64,000 nucleotides of DNA from an uncultured bacterium (GCA_963801165.1 CAWDDT010000004.1:814637-878636), one strand, 5' to 3'. Counted from the first letter of the stretch, positions 1 to 11,359 are shown. The notes: generated from the letters alone by a model not told the origin. Translations and numbers: made by a program.

Positions 1-1
1 G

Positions 2-904
2 TCTGAGATCACAACGAATCGGATCGGCGAGGGCTTCGGGCTGGCAGCGGAGACTCATCGGGTCGATATCGTCGACGCCGACATGCCGCCACTGGCGGTG
101 AAACTGTGTGACGCGGCTACGGCCGATGCAGAGGTGCACGTCTACCGGCACGTATTGAGCCGGACCAACATGTCTCGCCCCGTGCTCGTCGAGGCGGCAA
201 CTGAGGGGGAGCGCGGCGTTGTTGTGTACGAGTACATCGCCGGGGCAACCCAGGGCGACATCCTGGCCGGCTGTTCCGACGCAACCCTCGCGCGGATCAT
301 CGATGGACTGGCCGAACTCCACGCTGCGTGGTGGTGCCGGGCCGGTGACGCGGGCGTGCCCGCCGCCGGGGAGCGAATGCGCCGGGAGCTAACCGACGCT
401 CATATAGACGCATGTCTCGAACGTCTCGGCGGCGCACTCGAGCCCGATGCTGTGGCACTGATCCGATCGATGCCCGGTCGTGTCGACGACGTCATCGATG
501 AGCTCGTGAGCCACCCGCTGACCGTTGTTCACGCCGATGCTCATCTCGACAACGTGCTCATTCGGGGAGATGGGAGCCCGGTCATCCTCGACTGGTCCAC
601 CGCCCGGGTTGCTCCGGCTGCACTCGACCTGGCTCGTATCCAGATCGAATGCATGATGCCGGAGCAGCGCCGCAGGCTTCGGTCCCGGATGGCTCAGCGC
701 CACCATCGGGCATTGACCGACCGCGGCATCGGCGACTACAGCATCGAGGAGCTCGAACGCGCCGTCGACCTCGCCCACCTGGCTTTCATCCCGGGTCTCG
801 TCAGGTGGGGAGCCAGGGAGCGGCGGAAGGACCACCCGGCACACGCCGATCTGTTGTTGCGCGCCGGGCTGATCGCAACCACCGATGCCCTCCTCGGCAG
901 GTAG
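2..904 (+). CDS. Aminoglycoside/choline kinase-like phosphotransferase (5'-partial)
   Basis: Frame is open from the window edge (RIGEGFG Gly loop, AVK). Brenner motif HADAHLDN and ILDW present. Confidence 0.8.
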   Translation, partial: SEITTNRIGEGFGLAAETHRVDIVDADMPPLAVKLCDAATADAEVHVYRHVLSRTNMSRPVLVEAATEGERGVVVYEYIAGATQGDILAGCSDATLARIIDGLAELHAAWWCRAGDAGVPAAGERMRRELTDAHIDACLERLGGALEPDAVALIRSMPGRVDDVIDELVSHPLTVVHADAHLDNVLIRGDGSPVILDWSTARVAPAALDLARIQIECMMPEQRRRLRSRMAQRHHRALTDRGIGDYSIEELERAVDLAHLAFIPGLVRWGARERRKDHPAHADLLLRAGLIATTDALLGR

Positions 905-918
905 GCGAGGTACAGCTG

Positions 919-1716
919 CTACTGGGGCTTCGTGTACCGGTGCACGGCCAGGGGAGCGAACACGGCGATGATCACAAGGATCCAGATGATCGTGTACACC
1001 ACCGGGTTTTGCAGAGGCCACGCGGTTGGCGTAGGCGTCCCGGCCGGGATGTTGCCAAATAGCTCACGGGCGGCCTGGGTGACGGCAGACACCGGGTTCC
1101 ACTCGGCGAAGTGTCGCAGCGCACCGGGCAGGGTCTCCGATGGCACGAAGGTGTTGGCAATGAACGTCAGCGGGAAGATCACCATGAACGAGGCGTTGTT
1201 GACGACCTCGACGCTCGGGACGATCAGGCCCACGAAGGCCATGATCCACGAGAACGCATAGGCGAAAGCCAGCAACAGGAGGAACCCGAGGGCGGCTTTG
1301 AACAAGCCGTTGTGCAGCCGCCACCCGACGAGAAGACCTGTGAGGGCCATGATCAGCAGCGAGAGCACGTTGTAGATGACATCGCTCGCCGTCCGGCCCA
1401 GCAGCACCGCGGATCGGGACATCGGCAGAGAACGGAATCGGTTGATGATGCCCTTCTGCATGTCGTCGGCGAGCCCTGCGCCGGTGAATGTGGCCCCGAA
1501 CACAACGGTCTGAGCGAAGATCCCGCCGATGAGGAACTCCCGATAGGCGCCGCCCTGGATCTGGACGGCGTTGCCGAAGACGTAGGCAAACAAGAGCACG
1601 AACATGATCGGGGACAACAGAACGAAGACGAGCACCTCAGGGACCCGCTTGATCTTGATCACGTTGCGCTTGGCGACGGTGTGTGCGTCGAGGAAGGCGT
1701 TTACCAGGCTCGTCAT
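919..1716 (-). CDS. ABC-2 type transporter permease (DrrB-like)
   Basis: Multiple TM segments, GIINRFRSLPMSR and WNPVS motifs; overlaps the ATPase stop codon. Confidence 0.9.
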   Translation of the reverse strand: MTSLVNAFLDAHTVAKRNVIKIKRVPEVLVFVLLSPIMFVLLFAYVFGNAVQIQGGAYREFLIGGIFAQTVVFGATFTGAGLADDMQKGIINRFRSLPMSRSAVLLGRTASDVIYNVLSLLIMALTGLLVGWRLHNGLFKAALGFLLLLAFAYAFSWIMAFVGLIVPSVEVVNNASFMVIFPLTFIANTFVPSETLPGALRHFAEWNPVSAVTQAARELFGNIPAGTPTPTAWPLQNPVVYTIIWILVIIAVFAPLAVHRYTKPQ

Positions 1717-2684
1717 GCTTTGACCTCCTCAGCGTTGGTTTCCGGTGCGGCAACGTGCCCGGTGAGCGTCAGGAACACGTCGTCGAGGGTGGGCCGCCGC
1801 AGCCCGACATCGCTGACATCGATACCGGCGTCGTCGATCTTGCCCACGGCCTTGGTGAACTCGGATGCTCCCCCGGAGATCGGTGCCACGATCGTCCTGG
1901 TCCGCTCGTTGACCTGGACGTCGCTGATGGCGAAGCTGCCCAGGAGGTCGGCCGTCCGGGTCAGATCGACCTGGTGGGTGACCGTCACCTCGATCCGCTC
2001 CCCACCGACCTGGTCCTTGAGCTGGTCCGAGGTTCCGTGTGCGATCGCCCGCCCATGGTCGATGACCAGGATGTCGTCGGCGAGTCGATCGGCTTCCTCG
2101 AGGTACTGGGTGGTCAGCAGCAGCGTGGTCCCCTTGCCGACGAGATCTTCGATGACGTTCCACATCTCGGTCCGGCCGTTGGGGTCGAGACCTGTGGTGG
2201 GCTCGTCGAGGAACAGCACCATCGGCTCGGCGACGATGGCGCCGGCGAGGTCCAGCCTGCGTCGCATTCCACCGGAATACGTCTTGACCGGGCGATCGGC
2301 GGCATCGGTGAGGTCGAATCGGTCTAGTAGTTCCCTGGCGCGTTTGCGCGAAGGGTCACGACCGAGGTGATACAGCCGACCAATCATGTCCAGGTTCTCG
2401 AATCCCGTGAGGTTCTCGTCGACGGCGGCGTATTGGCCGGAGAGCCCGATCACTTTGCGTACTTCATCGGCATGTGCGACCACGTCCTTGCCGGCAACGG
2501 TCGCCCGTCCGGCATCGGGATGGATCAACGTGGCCAAAATAGAGACCGCGGTGGTCTTCCCCGCGCCGTTGGGACCGAGCAGCCCGAGAATGGTGCCCTC
2601 GGGGACACTGAGATCCAGCCCGTCGAGGGCCTTCACTTCCTTGTAGTACTTCGCCAGTCCGGCTGCCTCGATGATGCCGTCCAT
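1713..2684 (-). CDS. ABC transporter ATP-binding protein (DrrA family)
   Basis: GPNGAGKTT, YSGGMRRRLDLA, FLDEPTTGLDP, C-terminal PTLDDVFL; GGAGG RBS. Confidence 0.93.
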   Translation of the reverse strand: MDGIIEAAGLAKYYKEVKALDGLDLSVPEGTILGLLGPNGAGKTTAVSILATLIHPDAGRATVAGKDVVAHADEVRKVIGLSGQYAAVDENLTGFENLDMIGRLYHLGRDPSRKRARELLDRFDLTDAADRPVKTYSGGMRRRLDLAGAIVAEPMVLFLDEPTTGLDPNGRTEMWNVIEDLVGKGTTLLLTTQYLEEADRLADDILVIDHGRAIAHGTSDQLKDQVGGERIEVTVTHQVDLTRTADLLGSFAISDVQVNERTRTIVAPISGGASEFTKAVGKIDDAGIDVSDVGLRRPTLDDVFLTLTGHVAAPETNAEEVKA

Positions 2685-2711
2685 GGTGTCCTCCCTCTTT
2701 CAGGAGCCGCA

Positions 2712-2733
2712 ACACTACCGATGGGGTGTGACA
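2712..2733 (-). promoter_or_regulatory. PafBC/RecA-NDp-like promoter motif TGTCAC-N10-TAGTGT upstream of the ABC operon
   Basis: Spacing matches the mycobacterial TGTCGG-N10-TA-N3-T consensus; motif recurs elsewhere in the window. Confidence 0.5.
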
Positions 2734-2748
2734 CGTTTTGACGGGCGG

Positions 2749-3584
2749 TTACCGGGCAAGTACTTCGTTCACACCCGGGAGCGGCGTGTGCAACAACTCC
2801 CGCGCCCGGGAGATGTCGAGCGAGCAGTCGCGGGGCGCGGGCGGTCGGTCGGCACGGGCATTGCAAAAACCGGTCCGCGGTCGACTCCATGGAAACGAAG
2901 GAGCGCTACCCCGAACTGATACCGGGACATCTTCTCGGCACCTGCCACGTGGAGCATCCCTGTGTAGTCGCTGCTAGCCAGCTCGACCAGGGCATTGGCG
3001 AGGCTCTCCACCCAGATCGGGCAGCGCATCTCGTCGGACCACAGCCTCACGATCTCTCGCCGGTCGAGGGCGTCGATCATCCACTGGGCCGCCCGGGCGA
3101 CGGTGGGACGCCACCCGTAGATGAGCGAGGTCCGCACTATGACGGCATGCGCTCCCGAATCCACTACGGCTTGTTCGGCGGCGGCCTTGCTCCGCCCGTA
3201 TTCATTGAGCGGGCGGATCGGATCTTCCTCCCGGTAGTTGCCGCGCCGTCCGTCGAACACGACGTCGGTAGAGATGTGGACCAGACGGGCTCCGACCCCG
3301 GCTGCGGCTTTCGCCACGTTGGCGGTCCCGGCGACGTTGACTCCCTCGAAGTCCGTGCCAAGCCCCGGGTTGACCGCGGCGGTGTGGACGATGACGGCGG
3401 GTTGGTCCGCGGTGACGAGGGCGGTGACGGCGTCGGCGTCGCGTACGTCCAGCTGCCGCCAGGCGACGCCGTCGAGGTCACCCGGTTTGTGCCCGTAGCT
3501 GGCGGTCACGTCCCAGTCTTTGCGCGCCAGTTCGGCCACCCAGCGTCCGAGATACCCACTCCCCCCGGTGATCAACATCCGCAT
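2749..3584 (-). CDS. SDR family oxidoreductase, dTDP-4-dehydrorhamnose reductase-like (1-nt frameshift near 2833)
   Basis: ITGGSGYLG, HISTDVVFDG, YGRSK. One extra C restores the C-terminus RPRDCSLDISRARELL...VLAR*. Confidence 0.85.
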
Positions 3585-3645
3585 TCCAGCCATGGCCGGG
3601 ATGCTAGAGGCTCTGCGCCTCAGCTCCGCTGAGGTTGAACCAAGA

Positions 3646-4260
3646 GTGATCCCCCCATTTCGGGGGGATCGGGCGGCCTCCCGGGCCGTGCGAGGGGGGA
3701 AGGACGGGCGGCGCTCGCTGTTGGTTGTGTCCCCGTCCTGGTCCAGTCCCTCCCTGTGGTCGGGTCTGGCCCCGCCCTCCCGCAAGGGGAGGGCTGCTAC
3801 TGGCGTGACCGCCGATCGGGTGTACCAGCGGCGATTGCGGAGACCAGTAGTGATCCCCCCATTTCGGGGGGATCGGACGGCCTCCCGGGCCGTCCGAGGG
3901 GGGAAGGACGGGCGGCGCTCGCTGTTGGTTGTGTCCCCGTCCCGGACCAGTTCCTCCCTGTGGTCGGGTCTGGCCCCGCCCTCCCGCAAGGGGAGGGCTG
4001 CTACTGGCGTGACCGCCGATCGGGTGTACCAGCGGCGATTGGGGGAGACCAAGCAGTGATCCCCCCATTTCGGGGGGATCGGGCGGCCTTTTGGGCCGTC
4101 CGAGGGGGGAAGGACGAGCGGCGCTCGCCGTTGGTTGTGTCCCCTCCCTCGGTCAGCTACTCGCCTGCGGCGGCGCTGCCCTCGACCCTCCCGCAAGGGG
4201 AGGGTCACTACCGCGCCACCGCTCGGAAACAACAGCGATCCCCCATTTTGGGGGGATCGG
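3646..4260. repeat. Tandem array of ~204-206 bp composite palindromic (REP-like) units, 3 units plus a terminal hairpin
   Basis: GATCCCCCCATTTCGGGGGGATC hairpins at ~3648, 3852, 4058 (variant at 4237) and CCCTCCCGCAAGGGGAGGG hairpins; units 1 and 2 nearly identical. Confidence 0.9.
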
Positions 4261-4358
4261 ATAGCCCTCTGGTCTTAGCTTGATCCACGGATTGGGGAGC
4301 AGGAATCGCTCGATTCGGCAATAAGGCTCGGAGCCTCGCGCTACGGGCTGGCTCCGAC

Positions 4359-4619
4359 CTAGCTCCCGAAGAGGTTGGCCTTGATCTCTTTGCAGGTGGG
4401 GCAAACCGGGTAGCGGTCCGGGTCGCGATTGGGGATCCACACCTTTCCGCACAGCGCCATGACGGGGACACCCTCGACGTTTGCCCGGACGATGTCGGCT
4501 TTGCGAACGTAATGAGCGAACCGGTCGTGGTCGCCGTCGTCGGTATCGATGATGATCTCTTCCTCGGTGATCACCGCCGGTTTGAGCTCGACCTGGCTGT
4601 TGGCATGAGGGCTGCGCAT
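4359..4619 (-). CDS. DUF3039 domain protein
   Basis: GDHDRFAHYV...ALCGKVWIP.RDP..YPVCPTCKEI signature; exact start uncertain. Confidence 0.88.
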   Translation of the reverse strand: MRSPHANSQVELKPAVITEEEIIIDTDDGDHDRFAHYVRKADIVRANVEGVPVMALCGKVWIPNRDPDRYPVCPTCKEIKANLFGS

Positions 4620-4706
4620 AGGCCCAGTATCGCGGAAGCGGGGGCGAAGCGGATCTCCCCCCCACTTCTGGCCCCTTCGTTGCTACGGCGTCGGGGTCGA
4701 CGGCTA

Positions 4707-6355
4707 CTAGAAGGAACGATCGCTCGTGTGATACGCCGGGTCGCCTACCTGTGGGGTAGCCACATCGTCCCGAAGCACGTTGTAGTCGATGGGAACCCGG
4801 ATCGAGAAGCATGCACCGCCGAGCCGTTCGGAGCGGCGATAGTACGTCTCGCCCCCATGCGAGCGCGCCACACCTCGCGCCACGGCGAGCCCAATACCGG
4901 AGCCGGGGATCGGGCCCTGCCGCTGCGCGGCCCGCTCGAACCGCTCCCAGATGACGAGTTGATAGACCTCGGGTACGCCGGAGCCGTTGTCGTGTACCTC
5001 GATCACCGTGGCGTCGGCGTCGTTGTAGGCGACGAGCTCGACGTGCCCGGACCCGTAGTGGGCTGCGTTGGCGAGGAAGTTGCCGATCACCTGCACGATC
5101 CTGGCAGGATCGGCCGTGAGCGTAACGCCGTCGGCGATGTCGACCTCGATGTGTTGCGTGTCTGCTTCCGGGACGAGGGCGATTGCGGTGGCGACGATCT
5201 CGTGCGTCGATAGGTTCTCTCTGGTGACATCGACCCGGTCCATCTGGCGGCGGGCGACGGCGACGAGATCGCCGACGACTCTGGCCAGCACATGAGATTG
5301 TGCCCGCATCAGGTCGATCATCTCGAGCTTCTCGTCCTCCGTGAAGGCCTCCCAGTCCCGAGTAGATCGAGAAAGCCGACGATGGAGGTGAGCGGGGTGC
5401 GCAGCTCGTGGCTGACGGTGGCGATGACACCTTGCTGTTCGTTCATCACCCGGCGGCGCTGCTGGGCGACGATGGCGAGTTGGCGGAGCAGCACCACGAT
5501 CATCGCAGCTAGAGCCCCCAATCCGATGGCCACACTCATCGGGTCGGTGTCCCATCGACTGACGACGTGGGCCACGATCGCCGCGGCGAGAAGCGCGACG
5601 ACCGTGTAGGGAACGAGCGCCCGCTGCCAGCGTCCGGGCTCCAGGGCGACCCGCGGTGCATCCTGCACCGGGGGCATGACCAGAGGGGCGAGAGCAAACG
5701 CCGCCATACCGGCGAAAAATAAGAAGTCCGCAGGATGGCCGACTGTGTAGGGCGTGTCGCTGACGGCCATGGTGAGGTTGCCGCCCAATGTGGCCGCGAC
5801 CCCGAGCACCAGCCAAACGATCTGCCAGTCGATGCCTTGCTGGCTGCGGCGAACCGCGACATAGCCTGCCATGGCCATCACCGCGGCATCGCCGATGGCG
5901 TGATACAGCTCCCCGCTGGTCGCAACCCCGGTGCCGGAGAGGAGCCAGAACGTCCCGGTGGCGACGACAATGCCGAGGCCAAGCGCATCCAGCAGCGCAA
6001 TTGTTCTGTCATAGGGCCCGGATCGGGGGTGTGGGATCCAGAGGATGGCGAGGGCTCCGAACCCGTACGTCAGCGCAACGAAAACTGCCTCGAGGGTATC
6101 CGCACCGAGATAGTCGAGCACATAGATCGGCACCATCTGGGCCAGCGCGACGCCGACCAGTTTCCACGCCAGACCTTCCCGTCCCTCGCGCACGAGGCCC
6201 AACCGGTAGGCGGCCAGGGCACCAAGGGCGGGTAGGACAGAAGCGCAACAGAGCACAACGACGATGGGCCAGCCCGTCTGGCCTGGGAAGCCGACGCCCC
6301 CCGCGCCGAGTGCCGCAACGAGCAGCACCGCGGCCATCCGCGGATTCACCTTCAT
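4707..6355 (-). CDS. Membrane sensor histidine kinase (frameshift near 5360)
   Basis: Multi-TM N-terminus plus SHELRTPLTSIVG (ORF 5318..6397); HATPase NAAHYG/DNGSG/GSGIGL in ORF 4707..5816. Confidence 0.85.
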
Positions 6356-6470
6356 TATGAAGCAACATTGTACAGGTTTCCGTCGGGGTGTCGACATGTG
6401 TTTTGTCGGCTCACAACCGGCTTAGGCTGGCTTGGATGCGGTTTGTGCGGCGATACAGGGCGTGTGGGCG

Positions 6471-7724
6471 ATGAGTCGGACCCGGACCAGCCTGGAGACG
6501 ACCTTTGCCGCTCTCGGGGTGCGCAACTTCCGGCTCTACTTCACCGGACAGATCGTTTCGGTGTCGGGGGCGTGGATGCAGCGGGTTGCCCAGGCGTGGC
6601 TGGTGCTCGATCTCACTGGAAGCGGCACCGCAGTGGGCGGGCTGACGGCGCTGCAGTTTCTCCCGCTGCTGCTGGCAGCACCGTTTGGCGGCGTGGTTGC
6701 CGATCGGGTGGACAAGCGACGTCTGTTGTTCCTCACCCAGTCGTTGGCGGGACTGACCGCCGCGACGCTCGGGTTCCTGGTGTTCACCGACCGTGTCGAG
6801 CTATGGATGGTGTACGTCCTCGCGTTCATCCTCGGAATCGTCGGCGCCTTTGACAATCCGGCGCGGCAGTCGTTCGTGATGGAGATGGTGGGCCGGGAAC
6901 GGCTCGTCAACGCGGTGTCGCTCAACTCGGTGATGATCAACGCCGCTCGAGTCATCGGTCCGGCAATTGGCGGCGTGCTGATCGTGACGGTCGGCATCGC
7001 CATGTGTTTCTTCTTCAACTCAATCTCCTACCTGGCTCTGTTGATCGCGCTGGCGTTGATGCGCCCCCAGGAGTTGGAGCGGTCGACGCCGTTGCAGCGG
7101 CGGCGCGGCCAGCTGTCGGATGGTCTTCACTACGCCGCCGCCGAGCCGTTGCTACGGACGCTTCTGGTGGTTACGGCGATCATGGGGATCTTCGCCTACG
7201 AGTTCGAGGTCTCGCTGCCGCTTCTGGCGAGGTTCACCTTCAACGGTGACGCGGATACCTTTGGCTTGATGTTCACCGCCATGGGGATCGGGGCCGTGGT
7301 CGGTGGGCTCCATACCGCGTCCAGGCAGGATCTGCGCCCGGTGTCGGCGGCCAGGATCGCACTGGTATTCGGACTTGCGATCGGGGCTACCTCGGTTGCC
7401 CCCAACCTCGTTGTTTCGATGCTGACGCTGACCGTGGTCGGTGGCGCCGGCACCAGCTTCCTGGCAGTCAGTAACTCGATGCTCCAGGTTCACGCCCGGC
7501 CCGAAATGCGTGGTCGGATCATGGCGCTGCGGGCGGTGGCGTTTCTGGGGGCCCGGCCCATCGGGGCCCCGCTGATCGGATGGATCGGCGAGCACGTTGG
7601 CCCCCGATACGGCATCGCGACGGGTGCGGTGGCTCTTCTGCTCGTGGCCGCCTGGGGCTACCCGAGGCTGCTGCGGCTGGCCGGGAACGAGAGAGCAGCG
7701 GCCGGGGGGCTTGGGGAGTCGTAG
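6471..7724 (+). CDS. MFS transporter
   Basis: RNFRLYFTGQIVS, GGVVADRVDKRRLL, MRGRIMAL; about 12 TM segments. Confidence 0.92.
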   Translation: MSRTRTSLETTFAALGVRNFRLYFTGQIVSVSGAWMQRVAQAWLVLDLTGSGTAVGGLTALQFLPLLLAAPFGGVVADRVDKRRLLFLTQSLAGLTAATLGFLVFTDRVELWMVYVLAFILGIVGAFDNPARQSFVMEMVGRERLVNAVSLNSVMINAARVIGPAIGGVLIVTVGIAMCFFFNSISYLALLIALALMRPQELERSTPLQRRRGQLSDGLHYAAAEPLLRTLLVVTAIMGIFAYEFEVSLPLLARFTFNGDADTFGLMFTAMGIGAVVGGLHTASRQDLRPVSAARIALVFGLAIGATSVAPNLVVSMLTLTVVGGAGTSFLAVSNSMLQVHARPEMRGRIMALRAVAFLGARPIGAPLIGWIGEHVGPRYGIATGAVALLLVAAWGYPRLLRLAGNERAAAGGLGES

Positions 7725-7751
7725 CCACCCCGGCCGTGCAGTTGCTCAGAC

Positions 7752-8093
7752 CTATGTGGGTGCATCTCCGCTGAGACGGTTCTTTATCGCATCGAACTCC
7801 TCGGTGCTGATCTCACCGTGGGCGAGGCGGAGAGCCGCCTCCTCCAGGGGCGTCCTGGCAACCGTGGCCGTGCTCAAGTCCCGCTGGATGCGTTCGAACT
7901 CGACGCGTTCGATGTCGCCCGATGCGTAGCGGGCGGCTGCCCGGCGTAGCGGGTCGGCGTCGGCGCCACCCATGCGGGGTCGGCGAAACGACAAGAACAG
8001 CGCCACCAGCAGGCCGGCGAGGAGCGCCAGCATCAGCATGGGGAACAGCCAGTCGAGAAGGTCCCGCTCGTGTCCGTATGGGAACTGGTGCAT
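7752..8093 (-). CDS. SHOCT domain membrane protein
   Basis: One TM segment followed by two SHOCT-like repeats (RYASGDIERVEF, RLAHGEISTEEF). Confidence 0.8.
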   Translation of the reverse strand: MHQFPYGHERDLLDWLFPMLMLALLAGLLVALFLSFRRPRMGGADADPLRRAAARYASGDIERVEFERIQRDLSTATVARTPLEEAALRLAHGEISTEEFDAIKNRLSGDAPT

Positions 8094-8207
8094 GTCTTCC
8101 TTTCGGTCTCATGGCTATCAAACCACCGCCGTATGAAAGACAGGTGAAACCGTTCTTGGAGTCTGCTGGGTGTCGGGTATCGTCATGCCGGTGAGGGAGA
8201 GCGAGCA

Positions 8208-9669
8208 CATGAACAGCGAGGAGACCGAGCGCTGGTCGCCGGGGCGGGGCGTGTGGTTGACGGCCGGGGCAATCGTGGCGATCGAGCTGTTGCTGTCCGC
8301 TCGCTACGGGTTCCACCGTGATGAGCTGTATTTCATCATGGCGGGACGCAGGCTCGACTGGGGATTCGTCGATCAGCCTCCCTTGACGCCGCTGCTCGCC
8401 CGGCTGGCGGACACCGTCGGCGGCGTTTCGCCCGTGGCGCTTCGTGTGTTGCCGGCATTGGCGATTGGGGCAGTAGTGGTGTTTGCCGCGCTGACGGCGC
8501 GGCGATTCGGCGCCGGTTCCCGGGGTCAGCTGTTCGCCGGCATGAGCGCCGGTGGGGCGGGCTACGCCCTGGCGGTGGGTCATCTCCTGAGCACGGCAAC
8601 GTTCGACTATCTGTTGTCGGCGGTGGCGCTGTGGCTGCTGGTGGGTCTGCTCGACGGCGACGATCCGAGGCGGTGGGTATTGCTCGGGGCCGTGGTCGGG
8701 ATCGGCCTGGAGAACAAGAACCTGATCGGCGTGCTTGCGGCAGTGGTCCTGCTGGCGCTGCTGGCCACCCCGCAGCGTCGGGTCCTCGTCTCCGTTTGGC
8801 CGTGGGTGGGTGCGGGCGTGGCGTTTCTCATCGCACTGCCGACCCTGTTGTGGCAGACCGCTCACGACTTTCCGCAACTCGAGATGGCCCGGGCGTTGTC
8901 AGACCGGAGTGACGGTCCGGTGGCGTTTGTGCTCGAGCAGATCGGGCTGCTCTCGATCGTGCTGGTCGTGCCCGTGGTCTTCGGGTGGTGGCGTCTCCTG
9001 CGTTCGCCGGACATGAGGCAATGGCGGGCGATCGCGATCGCGTTTGGGCTCATCTTCGTGTTCTACCTGATCACCGGTGGCAAGTCGTACTACGTGGCCG
9101 GGATGTACCCGGTGCTGCTCGCTGCCGGGGGAAGGTGGTTCGACGATCTGCGCGACGGTCGCAGGGAGCAAATGTTCAGCTCTGCCCGGATCGCCATCGT
9201 GGTTGGTGCGTTCATCGCCTTGCCGCTCGTCCCGGCGTCATGGGTGTCCCACGTCGACCTGACGGGAGAGCTGGGCGAGACGGTTGGCTGGCCGCAACTG
9301 ATCGATCAGGTATCGGCGGTATACCAGTCGATCCCCGAAAACCAGCGTTCGGCCACCGCAATCTTCACGGGCTCGTACGGTGAGGCCGGCGCAGTCGACG
9401 TGCTCGGTGCCGATGCGGGGCTGCCGTCGGCGAGCAGCGGCCACAACAGCTACTGGCTGTGGGGACCGCCGGAGACGCATGGCCCAATCATCGGTGTCGG
9501 TTATGTCGAGACGACGTTACGCAGCATCTGTCCAGACCTGCAGCGGGTCGGAACCATCACCAATCCGTACGGTGTCGAGAACGAAGAGGCCGGTCTGCCG
9601 CTGCTTCTCTGTCTCGATCCCGATCGGCAGCTCGCCGACATCTGGCCCGACGTCCGGCACTACAACTAG
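8208..9669 (+). CDS. Glycosyltransferase family 39 / ArnT-like membrane protein
   Basis: YGFHRDELYF, WGFVDQPPL, GLENK, GKSYY, SGHNSYWLWGPP motifs. Confidence 0.88.
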
Positions 9670-9710
9670 GACGGCGTTGACCAGGACGGCGTTGACTAGG
9701 ACGGCGTTGT
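9666..9710. repeat. 3 x 15-bp tandem repeat (CYAGGACGGCGTTGW)
   Basis: Read directly; lies between two convergent stop codons. Confidence 0.85.
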
Positions 9711-9723
9711 GCCAGGAGCGGAG

Positions 9724-10700
9724 CTACTCCGCTTGCTTTTCGTCGGCGTGTTCCGGGTGATCCGGCGGTCTGAGGGGCAGCGTGATCGTGAAGGTGGTTC
9801 CGGCCCCGACGGTCGAGTCGACAGTGATCCCCCCGCCGTGGGCGGCGACCGCGTCGTAGCAGATGGCCAGACCCTGACCCGAGCCACGGCCCACGGGCTT
9901 GGTGGTGAAGAATCGCTCGAACATGCGCTCCTGGACCTCCGGGGTCATGCCGGTGCCGGTGTCGGAGATCTGGATCACGACCTCGACTTCTCCGGACCAT
10001 GTCCGGATACCGATGACCCCTTTGTCGTCGCCGGCGTCGGCGATGGCGTCGGCGGCGTTGATGATCATGTTGATCAGAACCTGTTTGATCTGCCCTTCAT
10101 CGCAATGTGGCTCCGGCAGAACTTCGGCCAGTTCGAGCTCGATGGAAGCGTGGTACTTCCACTCGTTGCGGCTGATGTCGACGGTGGTGGCGATCAGCTT
10201 GTTGATGTCGGTAGGACCGATGTCGCCGGGATGGGCGAAGGCCTTCATCGCCCTGACGATGTGGGCGATCTGATCGGGGCCCTCGCGGGATTGGCGTACC
10301 GCGTCGGGGATGTCCTCGAGCAGGAAGTCGAGGTCGGCCTCCTTCCTGATGAGGGCGACGGCTTCCGGGTCGTGGACTTCCGCCAGCTCGCTGAGGGCGC
10401 GCACCGCGCCGAGGAGGTTGCCGAACGAGTGGTCCAGAAACGCGGTGTAGTCAGTGACGTACTGAACCGGGGTGTTTATCTCGTGGGCGACCCCAGCCGA
10501 TAGCTGACCGATTGTCTCGAGCCTTCGAGCCGACGCCAGTGACCGCTCCAGCTCGACAACGTCGTTGATGTCCCGGGTGGTAGAGAGAACTCCGACGACC
10601 TCATCACCGTGGCGGAGCGGGATGACGGTTCGAAGCACCTCCGTGGGTCTGCGGTCGAGCTCGGGGCGTTGGTGTGCTCTGGCCAGTCGGCGGAACTGAT
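9724..10700 (-). CDS. Histidine kinase (PAC remnant-HisKA-HATPase), N-terminus apparently truncated
   Basis: GQLSAGVAHEINTP, NAADA, DTGTGM, FFTTKPVGRGSGQGL; no clear start codon or RBS. Confidence 0.75.
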
Positions 10701-10756
10701 GGGGCCTTAAGCGTGAGCTCAGGGGTTGGGCTCGGGATGCTCCGGAGCTCGTGTGC

Positions 10757-11359
10757 TCAGCGACACTCTCCAACCCAGTAGACCTCGCCGTCCTGGATGA
10801 CCCATGCGGCCTTGCTGTCGAAGGATTGGCCTTGGAAGGTGAAGGAGACGGGCGCCTCGTAATACTGGTCGACCGCAAAGGTGGAGTCGCCTGCGGTGAG
10901 CGATCGTGACGACGGCCCTGTGATGTTCCCGGTCAGTTTGTAGTCGCTGATGGCGAGGATCTCGCTGTTTACCCAGCTGCGGCACAGATCGGCGCCAAGG
11001 GTGTCCCGGATCTCGGGGAGGAGCCGGTCGAACAGGAAACCGCCGTCACCCGACTCGGTGGCGGCGACGTAGTCGGTGACGAACTGCTCGATCGACGGCG
11101 GAGGCTCGGTGGTTGTGGTCGTGGTTGTCGTTGTGGTTGCGGTGCTTGACGTGGTGTTGGTTGTCGTTGGCGCGTTCGTGGTGGTTGTTGTACTCGTCGC
11201 TGTCGTGGGTGTGGTCGTCGTGGGTGCGGCGGTCGTGGATGTCGTCGTCGCCCCGGCTTCCGGCTCGGGTGTCGACGATCCGCCCCTGGACAGGAAACCG
11301 ACGATCATCAGGAGCAGCCCGACACCGGCCATGGCAAAGCCGATGGTGCGCCGGCTCAT
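10757..11359 (-). CDS. Membrane-anchored/secreted protein with Thr-rich linker
   Basis: N-terminal hydrophobic helix, poly-Thr stalk, small Cys-containing domain; start overlaps the upstream stop. Confidence 0.75.
   Translation of the reverse strand: MSRRTIGFAMAGVGLLLMIVGFLSRGGSSTPEPEAGATTTSTTAAPTTTTPTTATSTTTTTNAPTTTNTTSSTATTTTTTTTTTEPPPSIEQFVTDYVAATESGDGGFLFDRLLPEIRDTLGADLCRSWVNSEILAISDYKLTGNITGPSSRSLTAGDSTFAVDQYYEAPVSFTFQGQSFDSKAAWVIQDGEVYWVGECR

Noticed and set aside
3594-4232. Long N-terminal extension of the SDR (ORF 2769..4232)
   Set aside because: It is a translation of the repeat array; the Rossmann motif begins right after Met 3584/3593.
3646-4260. CRISPR array
   Set aside because: The sequence between hairpins is itself repeated (no unique spacers), the period is ~205 bp and no cas genes are seen.
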